Under the pieces are notes generated by a model. That model made no database searches and was not told where the DNA came from. It saw only the letters and a program-made list of their open reading frames with translations. Below are positions 37,934 to 47,112 of a stretch of 64,000 nt of DNA, one piece after another; position 1 is the first letter of the stretch, and each line of letters opens with the position of its first letter. The translations under genes and the position numbers were made by a program. The DNA is taken from positions 212,889-276,888 of the forward strand of contig JBCCHT010000009.1 of the NCBI GenBank assembly GCA_039028615.1, in the 5' to 3' direction. Origin of the DNA: Myxococcota bacterium. Lineage in GTDB: Bacteria; Myxococcota_A; Polyangia; Nannocystales; Nannocystaceae.

Positions 37934-38809
37934 TCAGCCGCAGCGTTGCGCACAGGCTCGCATGGCCTGATCGCACTGCTGCCGACACGTCTCCGTGTTC
38001 GAGCCTTGGCCCGAGCAGCCCGCTCGACACGGCCCGTTGTCGGCCCGACATTGCATCCGACACTGCTCGGCAGCGGGGCCCTTGGCCCGCGTGTTCTTCT
38101 CTTGCTCGGCGGCCCGAACCTTGCGGTCTTGCTCGTGCTCGCACATCTGCGCGCACGTCATGCGGTCGTCGTCCGTCGGCTCCCCCGCGCACTGCTGCGT
38201 GCAATCGACCGTGGGAACGGCCGGCGTGGAGACTGCGGCCGGAGCAGCAACCGGCTGCGGCTGAGCCACCGCTGGGGTGGGGGCTGCCGCGGGGGCTGCC
38301 TTCCCCACCGGGCTCGTCCGCGGAGGCGGAGGCCCGGGCCTTCGTCGTACGCAGGTGAGCTTGCAGCGCGCTCGATCGATGTCCGTGCTCCGCCCGTTGC
38401 AGCTGTCCTGGCACCCGCACACAGCGCGGTAGAACTTCTGTCGGGCGGTGAGCGGCGGCGGCTTCGGCTGGCTCGCGACGGGCTTGGCGGGCGCATTGCT
38501 GCGAGTCGTCGCTCCCCGCGGCGTCACCTCGGTCACGGTGGTCACGGGGGCCGCGACCTCGGTCTGCCCCGGCGCCGGGCCGCCCACCTGGCGCTCCTCT
38601 TTCCACCGAATGATGTGGACGCGGTCCTTGCTCTCGGTCGCCTGACGGCAGTTCAGCTCGCAGGTCGCTCGATCGCTCTCGTCGGCGATGGAGGTGCAAC
38701 CCTGCTGGCACTTCCGAATCTCGGCCTCGGGATCCGCGGCCGGCGTGCTCGGGGCGGCCGCGAGGGCCCCGAGCACGACTCCCAACATGACGACGAACAA
38801 CGAGTGCAT
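37934..38809 (-). CDS. Secreted Cys-rich repeat protein
   Basis: Signal peptide; three CX3CX7DRX2CX3C units plus a terminal CX3C array. Confidence 0.8.
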   Translation of the reverse strand: MHSLFVVMLGVVLGALAAAPSTPAADPEAEIRKCQQGCTSIADESDRATCELNCRQATESKDRVHIIRWKEERQVGGPAPGQTEVAAPVTTVTEVTPRGATTRSNAPAKPVASQPKPPPLTARQKFYRAVCGCQDSCNGRSTDIDRARCKLTCVRRRPGPPPPRTSPVGKAAPAAAPTPAVAQPQPVAAPAAVSTPAVPTVDCTQQCAGEPTDDDRMTCAQMCEHEQDRKVRAAEQEKNTRAKGPAAEQCRMQCRADNGPCRAGCSGQGSNTETCRQQCDQAMRACAQRCG

Positions 38810-38860
38810 GGCCGAACTCGTGACGATCGTATCAGCACTCGGCCCTGCGGCGCTGGCGAA

Positions 38861-39652
38861 TCACTTGCCGGAGAACGCGGGCGGGCGCTTTTCGATGTAA
38901 GCGGCCAGACCCTCTCGCGCGTCGTCGCCCTCGAAGAGCCGCTGCTGCAATTCTCGCTCGAGCGCGAGGCCGTCGGTGAGCCCGACTTCGGCTCCAGTTT
39001 GGCAGGCGCGCTTGATGAGCCCGACGGCGCGCGAGGCCTGGGCGGGCGGCACGAAGCCGCGGGCGTACTCCTCGACTTGCCCCATGAAGGCGTCGTGATC
39101 GTCGGCCTCGAGCAGTCGGTTGATCAACCCGAGCTCGGCGGCACGATCGAAGCCGAAGACCTCGCCGCTGGCCATCAGCTCGATGGCGCGGGACTTGCCG
39201 AGCATGCGGACCATGCGTTGGGTGCCGCCGGTTCCGGGCAGCACACCGAGCTTGACCTCGGGCAGCCCGCACTTGCCAGAGCCGCTCCGCGCGATGCGAA
39301 TGTCGGCCGCCATGGCGACCTCGAGACCTCCGCCGACACAGTGGCCATCGATGGCCGCGATGACGAGCTTGGGCGTCTGCTCGAGGCGCAGCAGGGTCTC
39401 GTTGGCATGCAGGCAGAAGTTGTACTTGAAGTAGGGGTCCGCGCCCTTGAGCATGCTGATGTCGGCGCCAGCGCAGAAGAACTTCTCGCCCGCTCCCGAG
39501 AGCACCAACACGTGCACGTCGGGATCGAAGCGGGCCTCCAAGATGGCCGCATCGAGCTCCTTCATCATCTCGAACGAGTAGCAGTTGGCAGGCGGCACGT
39601 TCAGCACGAGGTGCGCCAGACCTTCGCGAGCGGTGTACTCGACCAGTGGCAT
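38861..39652 (-). CDS. Enoyl-CoA hydratase/isomerase family protein
   Basis: FFCAGADI, GGGLEVAMAADIR, LPEVKLGVLPGTGGTQR. Confidence 0.95.
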   Translation of the reverse strand: MPLVEYTAREGLAHLVLNVPPANCYSFEMMKELDAAILEARFDPDVHVLVLSGAGEKFFCAGADISMLKGADPYFKYNFCLHANETLLRLEQTPKLVIAAIDGHCVGGGLEVAMAADIRIARSGSGKCGLPEVKLGVLPGTGGTQRMVRMLGKSRAIELMASGEVFGFDRAAELGLINRLLEADDHDAFMGQVEEYARGFVPPAQASRAVGLIKRACQTGAEVGLTDGLALERELQQRLFEGDDAREGLAAYIEKRPPAFSGK

Positions 39653-39675
39653 CGGCGGAGCATACACTCCTCGAC

Positions 39676-40143
39676 GTGGCCGAGCCGACCCAGACCCCGA
39701 CGGGGGTGTATCGCCTGCGGCAGCAGGTATCGTGGGGAGATTGTGACCCCGCGGGGTTCGTGTACTTCCCGCGCTTCTTCGACAAGTTCCACCTGGCCAT
39801 GGAGCGTTGGTTCGGCGACGGCTTGGGCGAGTCCTACGAGCGGCTCATCATGGGGCGCAAGCTTGGGCTGCCCTCGGCGCATACCGAGGCGGATTTCCGC
39901 CGACCGTGTCGCTTCGGGGACTGGCTCGAGATCGAGATGCGAATCACGAAGCTTGGACGCACCTCGATCGAGCTGAGCTACGTGGGTCGGGTCGATGGCG
40001 ACACCGAGCCACGCCTGACGGGCAGGACCATCTGCGTGTTGATGGACCTCGACCCGACGCACGAGGGCTACGAGCGCGCCACGCCGTGGCCCGAGGACCT
40101 GCGGGCACGGATCGAGGCTTTCGGCGTGGGAGCAGCCCCGTGA
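39676..40143 (+). CDS. Acyl-CoA thioesterase (4HBT-like)
   Basis: VSWGDCDPAGFVYFPRFF hot-dog-fold motif. Confidence 0.9.
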   Translation: MAEPTQTPTGVYRLRQQVSWGDCDPAGFVYFPRFFDKFHLAMERWFGDGLGESYERLIMGRKLGLPSAHTEADFRRPCRFGDWLEIEMRITKLGRTSIELSYVGRVDGDTEPRLTGRTICVLMDLDPTHEGYERATPWPEDLRARIEAFGVGAAP

Positions 40144-41507
40144 GCGGCCTGGCCCGCCTGGGGCTGTCGGCGCGGCGGGGCTTCGGCCGTATCGTGCCCG
40201 ACCCCTTCGCCATCGCGGTGCTGCTGACCTTGCTGGTGATGGTGTTCGCGCTGTTCGCCGGGCGGCCGCCGCTCGACCTCATGCGCGACTGGACCGGGGG
40301 CGGTGGCCTGTGGAAGCTGCTGACCTTCACCATGCAGATGTGCACGATGCTGGTGTTGGGCTCCGCGTTGGCGGCGGCCCCCGCCGTGCGCCGAGGCTTG
40401 GCTGCGATCGCAGCCCGTGCCCCCTCTCCCCGCACCCTGGTCGCGCTGGTCGCCTTCGTCTCGATCGCGCTGTCGCTGCTCAACTGGAGCCTCGCCCTGG
40501 TCGGCGGGGCACTGCTCGCGCGCGAGGCGGGGCAGCTGGCGCGGCGTCGCCGATGGTCGCTGCACTACCCGCTGGTGTGTGCGGCCGGCTACTCCGGGTT
40601 GATGACCTGGCACGGTGGCTTCTCGGGCAGCGCCCCGCTCAAAGCCGCCACCATGGCGGGCATGGAAGAGGTACTCGGCCCCGAGCTGGCCGCGCGGGCC
40701 GGCGCCATCCCGCTGAGCGAGTCGATCTTGGGGCCGCTGAACCTGCTGGTCAGCGGTGGCTTGCTGGTGCTCGGCCCGCTGCTCTTTTGGCTGCTGACGC
40801 CCGCGCCCGACCAAGACCCCGACCCGGCCGAAGCTCCCGCGCTCGATGGCGACGACTCGCCGCGCGCCGAGCCCGAGCCCAGCTCCACCATCGAGAAGCT
40901 CGAGCGCTCGTCGATCATCGTGTGGCTGCTGGCGCTGCCCATGGCCGCCGCGCTGGGGCTGTACCTGGCCGACGAGGGCATCGGCCGCCTCGACTTCAAC
41001 ACCGTCAACCTGGTGCTGTGGTGCACCGCGCTGGTCCTGCACGGTCGCCCCGATCGCTTCGTGGCCGCGTGCGAGCAGGGCGTCCGCAGCTGCACCGGGA
41101 TCATCATCCAGTTTCCGCTCTACGGCGGCATCATGGGCATGATGGCGGGCGCCGGCCTGTCCTCGGCGCTGTCGACCTGGTTCGCCGAGGCGGGGGCCCA
41201 AGCTTTCAGCGTGGTGGGCTTTTTGGCGGCAGGGGTGCTCAACCTGTTCGTGCCCTCGGGCGGCGGGCAGTGGGCGGTGCAGGGGCCGATCCTGGTCGAA
41301 GGTGCGCTCGAGCTCGGCCTCCCCGTGAGCGACGTGCTCATGGCCATGGCCTACGGTGACCAGTGGACCAACATGCTGCAGCCCTTCTGGGCGCTGCCGC
41401 TGCTGGCGATCACCCGGGTGCGAGCGCGCGACATCATCGGCTACACGGCGATCTGGATGGCCGCAGGTGGTGTGTGGATCGTGGGCTGCCTGCTCTGGTG
41501 GGCCTGA
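40140..41507 (+). CDS. atoE: Short-chain fatty acid transporter (AtoE family)
   Basis: PDPFAIA, WHGGFSGSAPL, QFPLYGGIMG, VPSGGGQWAVQGP, GDQWTNMLQPFWALP. Confidence 0.9.
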   Translation: MSGLARLGLSARRGFGRIVPDPFAIAVLLTLLVMVFALFAGRPPLDLMRDWTGGGGLWKLLTFTMQMCTMLVLGSALAAAPAVRRGLAAIAARAPSPRTLVALVAFVSIALSLLNWSLALVGGALLAREAGQLARRRRWSLHYPLVCAAGYSGLMTWHGGFSGSAPLKAATMAGMEEVLGPELAARAGAIPLSESILGPLNLLVSGGLLVLGPLLFWLLTPAPDQDPDPAEAPALDGDDSPRAEPEPSSTIEKLERSSIIVWLLALPMAAALGLYLADEGIGRLDFNTVNLVLWCTALVLHGRPDRFVAACEQGVRSCTGIIIQFPLYGGIMGMMAGAGLSSALSTWFAEAGAQAFSVVGFLAAGVLNLFVPSGGGQWAVQGPILVEGALELGLPVSDVLMAMAYGDQWTNMLQPFWALPLLAITRVRARDIIGYTAIWMAAGGVWIVGCLLWWA

Positions 41508-41781
41508 CCCCGACCGGGGCCCCAGGGCCTCGAGCCGGGTGAGCGCGAAATTCCACAACCTCGACGACGACGTGGCCACGCGGGCAATCGTGGAGTCGGG
41601 CCAGGCGGCGAGCGACGCACGGCGACGCGGGTACCTTGGACCTCCCGTCGTCCGTTGAGGTCCAGGGGCCCCGGGATGCCCCCACGGAGGCGAAATTCGT
41701 GAGATCGCAGGAGCCGAGGCAGGGCCGGCTGGGCTCCGTCGGCGGGACAATGGGCCGAGCTTCATGCTAACTAGCCAGGCC

Positions 41782-42546
41782 ATGATCAAGCCCTCTTTGG
41801 CGCTGTGCTGCGCGACGTTGGTGCTGGCCTGTTCCAAGAACGCTCCGGACACGTCCGTGCCCGAGCCCGCCCCGGCCCCCGAGGTCGAGGCTCCCGCCGA
41901 GGAGCCCGCCGAAGAGCCCGAGCCCGAGCCGGAGCCCGAGGACCAGCGCACGCTCCAGACCCGTGCCTGCGACGAAGAAGGAGACGCGGCCGTCTGCACC
42001 GCGCTGGCCATCAAGTGGGAGACCGGCGAGGAAGGCCCGGCCGACGCGGCCAAGGCTCGCGAGTACTACCAAAAGGGCTGCGAGGGCGGCCACGCGCTCG
42101 GTTGCTACAACTACGCCGTCTTCCTCGAGAAGGGGCAGGGCGGCGACGCCGACGTGGCCAAGGCGCTCGAGCTGCACATGCAGGTCTGCGAAGGCGAGCT
42201 GCCCGACAAGGGCTGCCTGAACGCGGCCATCCTGCTCGAGGGCGGAGCCGGGGGCGAGCCCGACCCGGCCAAGGCGCGCGAGCTTTATCAGAAGATCTGC
42301 GACGGCGGGAACCAGATCGGCTGCGTGTCGGTGGGTCGCATGGCCATGCTGGGCGACGGCGGCAAGAAGGACGCCAAGCAGGCCCGCACGCTCTTCGACG
42401 CCGCCTGCGAGGCGGGCGAGGCGACCGGCTGCTACTTCATGGCGCTGGCCTGGGAGAAGGGCGTCGGCGGCAAGCGCAGCAAGAAGAAGGGCGCCGAGTA
42501 TCGCACCCGCGCCTGCGAGGGCGGTTTTCAGCAAGCCTGCGGCTGA
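41782..42546 (+). CDS. Sel1-repeat lipoprotein
   Basis: Lipobox LVLAC; repeated KAxxxYxKxCxGG..GC units. Confidence 0.9.
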   Translation: MIKPSLALCCATLVLACSKNAPDTSVPEPAPAPEVEAPAEEPAEEPEPEPEPEDQRTLQTRACDEEGDAAVCTALAIKWETGEEGPADAAKAREYYQKGCEGGHALGCYNYAVFLEKGQGGDADVAKALELHMQVCEGELPDKGCLNAAILLEGGAGGEPDPAKARELYQKICDGGNQIGCVSVGRMAMLGDGGKKDAKQARTLFDAACEAGEATGCYFMALAWEKGVGGKRSKKKGAEYRTRACEGGFQQACG

Positions 42547-42710
42547 GCCGTCGCGCTCGGGCACCTCGCCCGGCACTCACCGATCACCCTGCGAGCCTCG
42601 TGCTCGGAGGGTGATTGTCGTTGGGTTCCGCGTCGGCTGACGGTCTCCCGATTGGGGCCACTGAAAAATTGAGCCGCTGGGCATCGGTCGACGCGTCATG
42701 CTGATCGACC

Positions 42711-44510
42711 ATGGCTTGCACTGCGTTGTCGAGGGGACTGGGCGTACTGGCACTGAGCGCGGCCGTTGTCGTGGCTGCGCCCGGGGAGCGGGTGGCTTCG
42801 GCGTGCGGTGGCACCTTCTGCGACGCCGGCCCCACCGCGATGCCCGTCGAGCAGACGGGCGAGACCATCGTGTTCGCGGTCGACGACACGCACGTCGAGG
42901 CGCACATCCAGATCGCCTACGACCCGGAGACGGAGGCCTCGCAGTTCGCCTGGGTCGTGCCCGTGACGGCGTTGCCCGAGTTTTCCGTCGGCTCGCAGGA
43001 CTTCATCGCCCGCCTGCTGGACGCCAGCGTGCCCTCGTACGGTCGCAGCAACTGGAACGAGCCCTGCGGCAGCGCCGATGACGGTGACTTCGACGACAGC
43101 TGTGACGGCGGGGCCGGCGAAGGCGGCGACGCCGAGGGCGAGCGCTTCGACATCGGGAGCGGGCCCGACGGTGGGGCCGAGCCCGAGGTCGTGCTCTCGG
43201 AGACGGTGGGTGCATTCGAGGTGTACGTGCTCGACGGCGGCACGGCCCAGGGCGTGATGGACTGGCTGAGCGCCAACGATTTTCAGCAAGACGAGGCGGC
43301 CACGCCCATCCTGGAGGAGTACCTGGCCGAGGGGCACCTGTTCGTGGCGTTTCGCTTGGCCACCGACGCCGAGGCCTCGGAGATCCACCCCATCGTGCTG
43401 CGCTACGAGGGGCAGGCCCCCTGCGTACCGATTCGTCTCACGCGCATCGCGGCCCAGGACGACCTCGAGATTCGGACGCTCTTTCTCGGCGACCATCGCT
43501 TCGCCTCCTCGAACTACCCGCAGGTCACCCTCAACCGGCTGAAGATCGACTGGATGAACTCGGGGACGAACTACCGCGAGGTGGTCTCGATGGCGCTGGA
43601 CGAGCCAGGGGCCGATGGACACGGCTTCATCACCGAGTACGCCGGGCCTAGCGACATCGTCTCCAGCGACGGGTTGCTCGGTGAAGCCTGGGACCCGATG
43701 CCCTTCACGATGGCCGAGACGCCCGGGCTCGCGGTGGAGCTGCTGCTCGACCAGCAGCTGGTGCACGACTGGACTGGCATCTGCGAGGGGCAGCATCCGC
43801 TGGTGGCCGGGCTCGTCGCGCAGCACCTGCCCACGCCGCCGGACGTGCCGTTTTCCGACCTGTGCGACGACCCGCTGGGGTTCGCCAACACCGTGGACCC
43901 CGAGGCCTGGGACGGCGCCGCGTTTGCGGCTGACTTCGAGGCGCGGATCATCGTGCCCACCGTCCATGCGATCGAACTGCTGGATACTTGGCCTTACCTC
44001 ACCCGTCTGTACACGCTGCTGTCTCCGCACGAGATGACCGTGGACCCCATGTTCCACGCCACGCCCGAGCAGCCGGAGTCCACGAGCCTCACGCTGCAAG
44101 GCTCCCGCAACCGGTTTTGCGATGGGCACACCACCTTCGAGGTGCCGGGCGGGCGACTCGTTCATCTGCCCCAGCAAAACCTGTGGCCCGACATCCTTCC
44201 CGAGCTGATGCCCTGGGCCGAGCGCATCGAGTTTCTGCCCGCGGCGGGAGCTCCCATCGTCGAAGTGGACAACACCGAGTCGATCGAGGGGGTGCTCGCG
44301 GCGTGGCACGAGCAGGTCGGTGACCCGCGACCTCGTAGCTCGATGGCCTGCGGCGACGAGAGTGACTCGGGTCAGGTGCCGACGACGAGCAGCGGCGGGC
44401 CGGGGGCGGATGCGATCGACGGCGGCTGTGGCTGTCGCAGCTCCGACTCCGCCCCGCTCGGGCTCGCCGTGTTCGCTCTGACGTTGCTCGGCCTGCGTCG
44501 TCGCGAGTGA
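42711..44510 (+). CDS. DUF2330-domain protein with MYXO-CTERM tail
   Basis: ACGGTFCD..VEQTGETIVF, FAWVVPV, PIRLTRIAA, LTRLYT; GGCGCRS..LLGLRRR. Confidence 0.88.
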   Translation: MACTALSRGLGVLALSAAVVVAAPGERVASACGGTFCDAGPTAMPVEQTGETIVFAVDDTHVEAHIQIAYDPETEASQFAWVVPVTALPEFSVGSQDFIARLLDASVPSYGRSNWNEPCGSADDGDFDDSCDGGAGEGGDAEGERFDIGSGPDGGAEPEVVLSETVGAFEVYVLDGGTAQGVMDWLSANDFQQDEAATPILEEYLAEGHLFVAFRLATDAEASEIHPIVLRYEGQAPCVPIRLTRIAAQDDLEIRTLFLGDHRFASSNYPQVTLNRLKIDWMNSGTNYREVVSMALDEPGADGHGFITEYAGPSDIVSSDGLLGEAWDPMPFTMAETPGLAVELLLDQQLVHDWTGICEGQHPLVAGLVAQHLPTPPDVPFSDLCDDPLGFANTVDPEAWDGAAFAADFEARIIVPTVHAIELLDTWPYLTRLYTLLSPHEMTVDPMFHATPEQPESTSLTLQGSRNRFCDGHTTFEVPGGRLVHLPQQNLWPDILPELMPWAERIEFLPAAGAPIVEVDNTESIEGVLAAWHEQVGDPRPRSSMACGDESDSGQVPTTSSGGPGADAIDGGCGCRSSDSAPLGLAVFALTLLGLRRRE

Positions 44511-44560
44511 CGACTCGACATGGTTGTCGTCCGCTCCCCCAACAAACGACATTTCTTCGC

Positions 44561-44588
44561 TAGACACCAACGAGCTGCGTGCTAGCTT
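44561..44588 (+). promoter_or_regulatory. Sigma70-like promoter for the leader/tRNA unit
   Basis: TAGACA (44561-66), 16-nt spacer, extended -10 TGc-TAGCTT (44580-88). Confidence 0.55.
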
Positions 44589-44600
44589 CCCCGGGTCGCC

Positions 44601-44702
44601 ATGTTGCGTTTCCCGACAGAGCTCTCGACGAATGCGGTCTGCACCGCAGGGGTCGTCGTGCTCATCGGATGTCAGCAGCAATGTGCGTGCGTCTGCGGGT
44701 AG
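44601..44702 (+). CDS. Putative Cys/Gln-rich leader peptide MLRFPTELSTNAVCTAGVVVLIGCQQQCACVCG
   Basis: Hand-translated 33-codon ORF, too short for the ORF track; TGT CAG CAG CAA TGT GCG TGC GTC TGC precedes the final Gly and TAG stop; upstream of tRNA-Cys and tRNA-Gln. Confidence 0.6.
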   Translation: MLRFPTELSTNAVCTAGVVVLIGCQQQCACVCG

Positions 44703-44813
44703 TCATCGTCTCTCCACCCACGGGGGCATGGCTGCAACCCGCATGAGTGGGTGAACGAGCCTGTTCGACGATCGTGGTGCTGCGGCATCGCGACCGTGCT
44801 GGTTCGACAATTT

Positions 44814-44890
44814 GGCGTGGTAACCCAATTGGCCGGGTATTCGGTTGCAACCCGAAACGAATGCAGGTTCGAGTCCTGTCCACGCCTCCA
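44814..44890 (+). tRNA. tRNA-Cys (GCA)
   Basis: Acceptor GGCGTGG/CCACGCC, D stem ACCC/GGGT, anticodon arm TTCGG-TTGCAAC-CCGAA, T loop TTCGAGT, U73, encoded CCA. Confidence 0.93.
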
Positions 44891-44892
44891 AT

Positions 44893-44964
44893 TCGAGAGT
44901 GGTCCAACGGTTAGGGCATCCGGCTTTGATCCGGAAGATCGGGGTTCGATTCCCTGCTCTCGAG
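44893..44964 (+). tRNA. tRNA-Gln (UUG)
   Basis: Acceptor TCGAGAG/CTCTCGA (U1-A72), D stem GTCC/GGGC, TCCGG-CTTTGAT-CCGGA, T loop TTCGATT, G73; followed by CCG rather than CCA. Confidence 0.92.
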
Positions 44965-45015
44965 CCGACGCCATGGGACGCCGGGCGAGCGATGTGTTGC
45001 GCTCGCCCGGTGTCC

Positions 45016-47112
45016 CTAGGGCAGCGTGGCCAAGCGTCCGACTTCGTCGCTGCCGTTCGGTCCCGGGTACCGGCTGTTGAAGCTCAGGCCCTTGCCGTCG
45101 GAGGTGAAGCGCGGGGACGAGTGGTCGGCCTCGGGGTTGTTCGACACGGTCGTCTTGGCACCGTCGGCGAGGGCCATGACCTCGAGCGTGTGCGAAGCAT
45201 TGCCCGAGACATAGACGACATGCGTGCCCTGAGGCGACAGCGCGAACGAGGTCGCGCCCTCGAAGTCGAGGCTCTTGCTGGTGAACTGGTCCGCGCTCAG
45301 GGCAGCCACGGCGTTACCCCAGGGGACGAAGGCAGGGCGAAGCAGGGGCTCTTCGGGAGCTTGCTGGGTCGGATCGACCTCGGCCCCGTCCGTGGGCGGG
45401 GCAGCGGCCGGCGTGGGCGCCTGCGCTTCGACGCCGGCCTCTGCGGCTGCCTTGGCGGCGGCTTCGGCTGCGAGCGCGGCCGCATCGGCTTCGGCCAGCT
45501 TGGCGAAGGTGGGCTCGGCGGCGCTGAACAGCGACGCCACGTCCTGCGAAGACTGGACGCGCACCACGGACTCGCTCAGACCGTGCACGGCCAGCAGGTC
45601 GATTGTCTTCGAGCCGGGGACGCTGCGTAGGTTGTAGGCAGTGGGCTCGTCGTCGATCAGCGTGCCCGGGATCGCGACGATGCGCTGATCCTCGATTCGC
45701 ACCACGTACACCCAGGCCTGCTCGGGCGGCGGAGGAGGCGGGGGCGGGGGCTCGGCCTGAGCTTCGGTCCCTTCGGCCTCGGGGTCCTCCTCGGCCAGGC
45801 CGAAGTCGTCGGAGTAGGGGTCGTACTCCGGCTCCTCGATCTCGGGCGGATCCCAGCGGCACGAGATGGCGAAGTGCTTGTCGTCCAGCCACTCGGGGTC
45901 GCCGATGAACGAGCAGCCCGGCATCTGGATGTCCACGGGCGCGTCGCCGTCGACGCTATGGACGTTGACCCACAGAGCTTCGTCGTTGGAGGCCGGTCGC
46001 AGCACGCGGTGGTCGGGGCCCACCGAGCCCCAGGAGTGCTCGGGCCCCGCGAGCGCGGGAATCTTGCCCTTGCGGGTGAACTCGCAGGCGCCCTTGCTCT
46101 CGTCCAAGATCCACAGCTCCACGTTGGGCCCGCTGTCGACCATCATCACGTTGCCGGCCGCGTTCAGCTGGTACGAGTTTCGACCGTCGGTCAGCGTGCC
46201 GCCGCGCAGGGACTTGCAGCGCTTGCGCTCGCTCAGGTCGGTCTGACCCGGCGGCAGGTACCAAAGCTCGAGGCCGGCGGTCGCCTCGAAGTGCACGTCG
46301 GGGTCCCAGCCGTCGACCAGCCGCACGCCCGCGGTGACGGCCAGCGTGGTGCCGTCGGCCAGGGCGTAGGCCTCGGTGCTCTCGAGGGGCCCGGCGAGCA
46401 CGGCCGCGGCCGGCTTCTGCTGCTCGTCGTCGACGAGCCGCTCGGTGCGGGCCCGCAGCTCCTTGAGGCTCTTGCGGTCGAGCATCGCGTAGGCCCCGTG
46501 CAGGTCCACCGCGGCCTTGATGCTGTTGTGAAGCTCGACCGCGTCGATGGGCAGGCGCGACTCGGCAAAGAGCGTGCTGGCGAGCTTTTCCTGGATGAAC
46601 CCTGCCCGCAGGATGACCGCGTAGTCCGGGTACTCGATCTCGCTGGCGTTGGGGTCGACGGTGGCTCGCGGCGGCTTGCCGAGCTCACCCACCGTGAACA
46701 CGGCCCACTCGGTCTCCTTGGTGATGTCGTCCGAGTCGCCGGTCAGCTGGAGCGGGGAGCCGTGGCTCAGGGGCTCGTGGACGGCGACGTAGCCGTAGCC
46801 CTTCATGTCGGCCAGGTGCACGATGGCCTCCAGGCCTTCGCCCGAGGCGCCTTCCTTGCTGCCCTCGGCTGCCAGGTCGTCGAAGGTGCCCTGGCGGGCA
46901 TCGAAGCCCAGGTCGGTCAGCGTGGTCGCGGTGCCTTCGTCTCCGCCCACCACCAGAATCTTGCGCGGATCCTCGGCCGCACCGACGGGCCCGGCCGGTC
47001 GCGTGAACCACCAGGCGGCGCCTCCGATGATCCCGACGGCCAGCAGGCCCGCGAAGATCTTCGGCCCCTTGGGGCGCACCATTTCGAGGTTCGTCAACGA
47101 GGCATCGGACAT
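45016..47112 (-). CDS. Membrane-anchored hypothetical protein with TolB-like propeller remnants
   Basis: N-terminal TM IFAGLLAVGIIGGAAWWF; FALSPQG and PRFTSDGKGLSF blades. Confidence 0.75.
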   Translation of the reverse strand: MSDASLTNLEMVRPKGPKIFAGLLAVGIIGGAAWWFTRPAGPVGAAEDPRKILVVGGDEGTATTLTDLGFDARQGTFDDLAAEGSKEGASGEGLEAIVHLADMKGYGYVAVHEPLSHGSPLQLTGDSDDITKETEWAVFTVGELGKPPRATVDPNASEIEYPDYAVILRAGFIQEKLASTLFAESRLPIDAVELHNSIKAAVDLHGAYAMLDRKSLKELRARTERLVDDEQQKPAAAVLAGPLESTEAYALADGTTLAVTAGVRLVDGWDPDVHFEATAGLELWYLPPGQTDLSERKRCKSLRGGTLTDGRNSYQLNAAGNVMMVDSGPNVELWILDESKGACEFTRKGKIPALAGPEHSWGSVGPDHRVLRPASNDEALWVNVHSVDGDAPVDIQMPGCSFIGDPEWLDDKHFAISCRWDPPEIEEPEYDPYSDDFGLAEEDPEAEGTEAQAEPPPPPPPPPEQAWVYVVRIEDQRIVAIPGTLIDDEPTAYNLRSVPGSKTIDLLAVHGLSESVVRVQSSQDVASLFSAAEPTFAKLAEADAAALAAEAAAKAAAEAGVEAQAPTPAAAPPTDGAEVDPTQQAPEEPLLRPAFVPWGNAVAALSADQFTSKSLDFEGATSFALSPQGTHVVYVSGNASHTLEVMALADGAKTTVSNNPEADHSSPRFTSDGKGLSFNSRYPGPNGSDEVGRLATLP

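Noticed and set aside
41508..41763. Short coding-like stretch (VSAKFHNLDDD...) in the gap after atoE
   Set aside because: Too short, with no start signals or motif to support it
44669..44746. Alternative-frame short ORF (MSAAMCVRLRV...)
   Set aside because: Far from the promoter, no SD and no informative codon cluster; the 44601 frame fits better
44720..44812. Possible third tRNA (GGCTGCAACCCG ... GTTCGA)
   Set aside because: No acceptor stem or properly spaced T arm could be built
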